Of a DNA stretch of 64,000 bases, positions 59,201 to 64,000 are shown piece after piece. Position numbers and translations under genes: made by a program. The stretch comes from Candidatus Kerfeldbacteria bacterium CG_4_10_14_0_8_um_filter_42_10 (lineage in GTDB: Bacteria > Patescibacteriota > Patescibacteriia > UM-FILTER-42-10): the NCBI GenBank assembly GCA_002784945.1, contig PFMD01000024.1, positions 17,858-81,857 of the forward strand. The letters run 5' to 3'. Each line of letters begins with the position of its first letter. The stretch's first letter is position 1. The notes beneath the pieces are model-generated. The model was not told the origin of the DNA. It saw only the letters and a list, made by a program, of their open reading frames with translations, and made no database searches.

Positions 59201-62200
59201 CTGGAAACGCTGGTATTGGAAGAAGCGATACAGGTATCTTCCGCGCCTTCGGCTCCGGTTTTATAGCAATAATAAGCCACACTGGAGCCGCCGGTATCAG
59301 AAGAAGCGGTCCAGGAAAAAGCAAAACTATTGGTGGAAGAATAACCAGATGGCGAAACGCTGACTCCCGTGGGATTAGAAGGGCTGATGATATCTAATTT
59401 AAAGGTATAAAGCACCCCTGAAGATAAAGCCGTATTATTATTAATATCCTTGGTCCGGATAATAAGATAATAAGTACCCGAGGTTAAAGCGGAAGCGCTT
59501 TGGGTAGCGGCGTTCCAGGAACCGGTAGTGCCGCCTGAAACAGTATAGAAATTAGTTCCGCTTTTATAGGCCTTATTAGTAGGATCAGCCGCATTATCTA
59601 TCGGATCCAAGCTGCTATTTGTCCCAAAATAAACATAAAATCCATCAACACCAATTCCACCTGAATTATCGGTGGCGGTCCATTCAAAATAGGGATTAGC
59701 ATCATAAGTCCAAGTATTATTACTGATAGAAGTAGCTTTAGTATTATCAGTATAACCCGATGCGGAAGAAGGATTAGTAGGAGCAGTAGCATCTGAATAA
59801 TAACTCAACGTAATATCATTAACTGTCGGGGTGTATATTTGATCGGAGGAAAACGTAACCCGGACTTGCACATACCGCGCTGGCGTAGAGTCAACCGTGT
59901 AGTAATCGGTTGAACCGTACGTGAATTGGTTTGACACCTCATCCCAGTCTGCCCAGTTGGCGTCGTCAGGATCGCTCGAACAGCCAGCGTCAGAGCAGGA
60001 ACGAATTTCGTACTTAAGCGATGTGTTTGTCTGCGTCGTATCATTCACCGTCAGGCCGCCGAAGTCGTAGATCGATCCAAGGTTAAGAATCTGCGAGGTC
60101 CACGTGCCGTTTTGTTCGAACCCTGTTGACGAAGAGGCGGGCACGAATCGAGTCAGTGCCGAAGTATTGTAACCGCGAAAACCGTAGAGAATACCGTTTG
60201 TACCTGTCTCCAGAGCGCCATAATACCAGTATTCGTCATTCGTACTTATCGTACCCCAGCTGTCGCCAGAAATGCTGTATACGTAGACGTTCGTGTTCGC
60301 GTTCGTGCCGGCGACGACGTAAATCAGATCACTGCCGTCATAGGTACACGCGTCGGACTGGTAGATGTTCCCAGGCGCATCGGTAAGCGTCGTCGCTCCG
60401 TCCCACGTCTGGGTGCCGATGTTGAATCGGAAGATATCTGCGGTATTCTGTGCGCGGATCTGGTAGATGTAGTCAGTGCCGCCATCGCTCGCCTTTACCG
60501 CACAGCCACCTTGGTAGACGGCTGCTGGAACAGTTGACGCGACGGTGGACCAGGTATCCGTGGCGATGGTGTACTTGTAGTTTGTTGTCGTATTCTGTCC
60601 GCGGACAGTGTAGATCGCACCGTCCTCGCCGTTGACAAGATTCGCTCCGTAGCCGAGCCACGCCGGTGCGGCGTTGCCATTTGACCACATATTAGTCGCC
60701 ACGTCGTAGATATACATTTTTGACTCATTATCTTTATTGTATGATCCGGCCGCATAAACCTTACCACCCACATAGACAACATCCGAGCCGACATACATAG
60801 GGATCGGGGCGTCCATCAAGCGCTCATGCGTGCCGGTCGAGATCGTGTACTTGTAGAAATCCGTAGTGTTGTTCCCCCGCACGTAGTAAATGGTATCACC
60901 CCCATCGTAGGTGATGCCGCCATAGTAGAAGCCGTTAGACGTCTGGTCGTGCGGGATGCCCGTGTTCAGCCATTTATTGTTTCTTACGTCATAACTGTAG
61001 AAAGAGTACTCATTATACCCACGAAGCATATAAATGATATCTGTGTTTGTATCATAGACCATCCCTGCACTCGATCCGAAGTAGTGTGTTGAGGGAAGAC
61101 TGGCGAGAGGATCCCAGCGGTCATTCAAAATATCATATGAGAAGAAATTATCCGACGCGTAACCACGGGTCGCATAAATAGTACCGTTATTGTAGAGAAG
61201 CGCTCCGCCATACTGGACGTAGAACGGAATGGCTGTTATGTTCGTCCAGGTGTTCGCGCTGACATCATAGCGGAGAAATTGCGACGTACTTGCACCACGC
61301 AGGGCAAAAATGCATCCTAATGCGTCGCTACAGTAAGTACCATTCGGAACAAAGACTGCTGATGAACCGTAGTTGAACGCGTACGACGGAGAGCTCCTTG
61401 TGACCCAACTGTTTCCAGAAATGCTGTACCGGTAAAACTCGGTCGAGTTGTTTGACCGGAACGCAAAGATATAATCACCGCCGTTCCATACCATGGACCC
61501 GCCGTAACCGACGCCGGTGCCGCCGTACGCTTGGAGCGCCGTCCACGTATTTGCGCCGACATTATAGCGGAGGAACTCCGTTGAATTATTGCCAACGAGC
61601 GCGAAGACGCACCCCGAAGCATCCGCACACTGGGTGCCATTCGGGATGTAGGTAATGGTGGTTCCGTAGTATGCGTTCGCCGTGCTGGTGATGTCAGCAA
61701 GCGACGACCATGTTTTTGACGAGATGGTGTACTTGAAAAAACTTTTGGAGTTCACGGATCGGAGAACAAAGATTGTATCATCACCATCGAAGGCCATAGC
61801 TGTATCGTTATACGCCGTTGTTAGTGCTGCTGTGCCGAACGTAGACGGCAGGTCCATCCACAACCCCTCCGCAATAGAGGATAAAGTCATTGCGGTTCCT
61901 GTGCCCGCTGCGGTGTTAACGTTGGAAGATGTTGTCCCGGCCGCTTCAAAGTCTGCCTGGACCGTCCACGTCTGCGTTGAGGCGGGCGATATACCATTAT
62001 AGGTGTATGTAAAACCGGACACCGCCGAAGATGTATTGCCTGCGTTATCCTTTGTCACAATCCGCAGGTAGTACGTCGTACCGCTTACTAAATCCGTGTT
62101 CACCTCGTACGTCGTACCCGTCTGATAGTAGTCCTCGCTCGAGGAAGGGTCAGCCGATCCGTTTGTCGTCCACTGCACGTAGTAGCCGGCAATACCGGAA

Positions 62201-64000
62201 CTTTCGTCCGTTGCTCCGGAAAGTTCAAAGTAGGGATTGGTGTAGTACGCCGAGCTGCCGGACGTTACGGTTGTCGCTTTGCTGGAGTCTGCATAACCCG
62301 TAACGGTCGGGTTCGTTGGATTATCACTGTCCTTCTCATAGGTAATGGTGAAGTCTGAAAGCGTCGGGGTGTTTGTTCCATCGGAAGTAAGCGTGACTTT
62401 AATCTGAACATAGCGCCGCGCGAGTGAAGAAATTGTTCCCCCAGAGATTGCGGCCCACGACGACCAATTGACTTGGTCGGTGGATGTCCGGGAGTAGTAG
62501 GCGATTGATGTTGCTCCAGGCGTCGTCGATGAGGCAGCAAAACTTGTGAACGATTCTACCCATTTTAGGTCAAGCGTATCGGAAATCCACGAAACCGAAT
62601 CCGCGTATTGATTCGTCGACATATCGGCTTTGTAGATTGAGGTTGTGTTGAATCCGCGCAACGCGTAGAGCGTATCCGTGCCAGTATCATAGGTGATGCC
62701 TGTTCCGTAGCCGCTCGTCCGCTCTGGAAAGTCGATTGAGCGCTCCCACGTATCATCCGATATGCTATATCGCCAGAAGTAGTCGCGGTAATCGCCGGAC
62801 GCCGTGTAGATGTAATTCGTTCCGTCGTAGACAATATCATCCGCGTAGTATGTGCTTGTCGGGAGCGACGCCAGCGCTGTCCAGCCCACGCCCGGCTGGT
62901 ACCGGTAGAATTCGCTCCGCCAGTAACCCATAAGTGAATAGACGTAAGTGCCGTCGTTCGTAATCGCCCCTCCCGCGTAAATAGAGTACGGCGGGACCTT
63001 CTCTTCCGCCCAAACGCCGTTATAACTGAAGAAGTGATTGTTGTTGTTCCCTTTCTGGGCGTACACCGTTGCTCCCATACAGGTTACCCCACCGCCATAT
63101 CGGGCGTTCAGCGAGCCCGCCGTCCCTCCTGAATGAGTGGCAGGCATGCTGGTCAACGTGCTCCACGTTCCCCCAGAGATGCTGTAGCTGTAGAAATTCA
63201 GCGTATTATTTCCCCGGAGAGCATAGATCGTTCCATTACCGTTGTAGCAGATCGAGCTACCTTCCCGCATACCGCCGGGGATTACATTCAGCGTCGTCCA
63301 CGCATGCGCATTGATGTCGTACCGCCAGAATGTCGTCGTGTTCTCTCCTTGGGCAACGAAGAGACACCCGTCAACGTCGCTGCAGTCAGCCCCGTTCGGG
63401 ACGAACGAGATCATGCTCCCCTCGTAGCTGTTCCCAACGTTTAAAGGTGTTGAAATTGAGTCCCAGTGTTCGTTGGTAAGATCATACCGCCAAAATTCGG
63501 GAGTGCCATTCCCGCGGATGGCGTACAGGTAGTTGCCGTATCGGAGGAGTGATCCACCGCCATAGACAGTGCCCGGCGCATCCGGCGTATCTGTGATGTT
63601 AACGTCCCACGTTTCTGTGTCTACGTCATATTTAAAGAAATCGTCCGTGTTATATCCGCGGAGCATGTAAACATAACCGTCTGTGGGGTCATAAGCCATT
63701 GAACCGCCGTAGTGGGGCCCGCCAAGCGCGACCGGAATAGTTGTTGCCGTGTACCACTGGCTTTCGGCGATATCGAAACGGAAGAACTCGCGATTGCCGT
63801 TTCCCCGCATAGCAAAAACGCACCCTTGCGCGCACGCAGTCGGATCTCCGTACGATTCATCAACATATTCCAGCGCGTGACCCGTTGTTGTGTAAACCTG
63901 GTATCCCGGTATTGCTGGCAGGGTATCGTCCCAAGTATCGGTCGCAATATTGTATGACCAGAAAGTCGCCGTTGATCTTCCCCGGGCCGCGTAGATAAGA
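56230..64000 (-). CDS. Giant surface protein, 5'-partial (Kelch-like beta-propeller repeats + FN3 domains)
   Basis: More than 2590 aa. The track ORF begins at Met 63810, but the same reading frame is open and still Kelch-like (IYAARGRSTATFWSYNIATDTWD) up to the window edge. N-terminal ~1300 aa consist of ~50-aa Y..RG.N..F..Y....W repeats. Confidence 0.8.
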   Translation of the reverse strand, partial: LIYAARGRSTATFWSYNIATDTWDDTLPAIPGYQVYTTTGHALEYVDESYGDPTACAQGCVFAMRGNGNREFFRFDIAESQWYTATTIPVALGGPHYGGSMAYDPTDGYVYMLRGYNTDDFFKYDVDTETWDVNITDTPDAPGTVYGGGSLLRYGNYLYAIRGNGTPEFWRYDLTNEHWDSISTPLNVGNSYEGSMISFVPNGADCSDVDGCLFVAQGENTTTFWRYDINAHAWTTLNVIPGGMREGSSICYNGNGTIYALRGNNTLNFYSYSISGGTWSTLTSMPATHSGGTAGSLNARYGGGVTCMGATVYAQKGNNNNHFFSYNGVWAEEKVPPYSIYAGGAITNDGTYVYSLMGYWRSEFYRYQPGVGWTALASLPTSTYYADDIVYDGTNYIYTASGDYRDYFWRYSISDDTWERSIDFPERTSGYGTGITYDTGTDTLYALRGFNTTSIYKADMSTNQYADSVSWISDTLDLKWVESFTSFAASSTTPGATSIAYYSRTSTDQVNWSSWAAISGGTISSLARRYVQIKVTLTSDGTNTPTLSDFTITYEKDSDNPTNPTVTGYADSSKATTVTSGSSAYYTNPYFELSGATDESSGIAGYYVQWTTNGSADPSSSEDYYQTGTTYEVNTDLVSGTTYYLRIVTKDNAGNTSSAVSGFTYTYNGISPASTQTWTVQADFEAAGTTSSNVNTAAGTGTAMTLSSIAEGLWMDLPSTFGTAALTTAYNDTAMAFDGDDTIFVLRSVNSKSFFKYTISSKTWSSLADITSTANAYYGTTITYIPNGTQCADASGCVFALVGNNSTEFLRYNVGANTWTALQAYGGTGVGYGGSMVWNGGDYIFAFRSNNSTEFYRYSISGNSWVTRSSPSYAFNYGSSAVFVPNGTYCSDALGCIFALRGASTSQFLRYDVSANTWTNITAIPFYVQYGGALLYNNGTIYATRGYASDNFFSYDILNDRWDPLASLPSTHYFGSSAGMVYDTNTDIIYMLRGYNEYSFYSYDVRNNKWLNTGIPHDQTSNGFYYGGITYDGGDTIYYVRGNNTTDFYKYTISTGTHERLMDAPIPMYVGSDVVYVGGKVYAAGSYNKDNESKMYIYDVATNMWSNGNAAPAWLGYGANLVNGEDGAIYTVRGQNTTTNYKYTIATDTWSTVASTVPAAVYQGGCAVKASDGGTDYIYQIRAQNTADIFRFNIGTQTWDGATTLTDAPGNIYQSDACTYDGSDLIYVVAGTNANTNVYVYSISGDSWGTISTNDEYWYYGALETGTNGILYGFRGYNTSALTRFVPASSSTGFEQNGTWTSQILNLGSIYDFGGLTVNDTTQTNTSLKYEIRSCSDAGCSSDPDDANWADWDEVSNQFTYGSTDYYTVDSTPARYVQVRVTFSSDQIYTPTVNDITLSYYSDATAPTNPSSASGYTDNTKATSISNNTWTYDANPYFEWTATDNSGGIGVDGFYVYFGTNSSLDPIDNAADPTNKAYKSGTNFYTVSGGTTGSWNAATQSASALTSGTYYLIIRTKDINNNTALSSGVLYTFKLDIISPSNPTGVSVSPSGYSSTNSFAFSWTASSDTGGSSVAYYCYKTGAEGAEDTCIASSNTSVSSIQAYQSRGNTFYVRAKDGAGNYSSSYASTTYYYAGEAPTAPASVVVSPTSQTNNNTFSFSWSLPDTCLGQTPCEASDILRYCYTINELPNAVNCGTNTGGSTTPSPDGGWTTDTQTTNRLLSGFSAATQQGTNTLYIVATDLINNIDYSNYVTATYIFDSTAPGVPASIQATDSSDRSTSRYSITLTWDEPDDVGAGVDLYNIYRCEEDCQNPSTVNDPPDNYTKIASTSTLGYLDTGLDNTITYTYFTRAIGPGNAASGNSALVEMKPEGKFKSAPSMSGQPGVQTRIRSAVVEWLTLDDQDREGNIIPHPATSFVEYGETASYGNETGTSDMVSEHEVTLTDLTPETTYHFRCKWVDIDGNIGYSSDFTFTTNGAPSAPINLEVDPECNTVNRFKFTWGAPTDEGVTVAGYFYVVNNIPTEDNVSFTANTYIGPYDAATQQGINTFYVVAVDDSGNINYANYASVDFEAETEPPGPPQAVTITDSSDRDAKRYSITITWDPPEGYETSSSEDETEIVYYSLYRKVGEKDSFSEIARFTSTGFLDTGLDSSKEYFYKVVAEDKAGAASKATDIVSEVPEGRYTQPPAITVSPVATPDSFSADIVWETERIASSFVEFGLKANDLTEEQGTADLIAKHEIEVTGLKSETTYYYRIKSIDVDENIAYSEIDSFTTLEAPRVLEVKISDVKLYDAIISWETNKESTAVIQYGTTANYGLTYTDTSGSYALTHTVKLEGLTDSTTYHLRIGGEDRNGNPIASDDYIFATLTFPEVLTVSSRNQSEGQTEVTWTTNVPTTSEVEYYSENIPPKTQGNTAMVKEHVILLYGLEDATLYKFKVRGSDEFGYEAVSDENEFTTLEDTTPPVVSGIQSESNTIGAGEESKVQIIISWKTNEATTSQVEYGVGLGATEFTEQTDENAELVMDHLVVISDLAPAKTYRFRAVSRDKAGNTTKSGAYTVLTSRKRESFLQLIISNLEETFSWIGRIGGSF

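Noticed and set aside
60126-60688. Arg/Cys-rich ORFs on both strands inside the giant Kelch-repeat gene
   Set aside because: Highly basic, low-complexity translations characteristic of out-of-frame or antisense reading of a GC-richer coding region; the long minus-strand frame explains the region.
63621-63957. Two short ORFs overlapping the 5' end of the giant gene
   Set aside because: The giant-gene frame stays open and keeps its Kelch-like repeat character through 64000, so these alternative-frame ORFs are spurious and the real gene continues off the window.

Overview
This window looks like a gene-dense chromosomal segment from a small-genome, AT-rich bacterium of the CPR/Patescibacteria type. 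Many genes lack Shine-Dalgarno sequences, TTG starts occur, and there are few biosynthetic genes. The housekeeping content is pheS, metG, glyQS, an eight-gene F-type ATP synthase operon (atpZ-like, atpB, E, F, H, A, G, D, C), msrAB, uppP, tatD, rmuC, a Clp-family unfoldase, three Nudix hydrolases, a peptidase S51, an M16 peptidase and two ABC transporter pairs. About 30% of the window is taken by three giant secreted or cell-surface proteins. One is an FG-GAP beta-propeller protein of 1833 aa. The other two are a tandem pair of FN3-rich proteins of 1677 aa and more than 2590 aa, and the second runs off the window edge. I found no rRNA, tRNA or CRISPR array. The most interesting content is a set of small repeats and mini mobile elements. 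(1) A family with terminal inverted repeats TCCCGTTAGA...TCTAACGGGA. One copy carries a 71-aa GIY-YIG nuclease gene, and two MITE-like copies carry no cargo. (2) A second GIY-YIG cassette bounded by 19-bp hairpin inverted repeats sits in the 5' end of glyQS, with a duplicated glyQS N-terminal coding fragment left upstream. (3) An identical 28-nt palindromic repeat is inserted in-frame into both atpA and glyQS, with a partial intergenic copy, resembling Rickettsia palindromic elements. (4) A structured repeat of about 165 bp occurs in two inverted copies 16 kb apart. (5) Several perfect palindromes and an A/T-rich motif family lie around the atp operon. All calls rest on reading the sequence and on established family motifs; no database search was possible.
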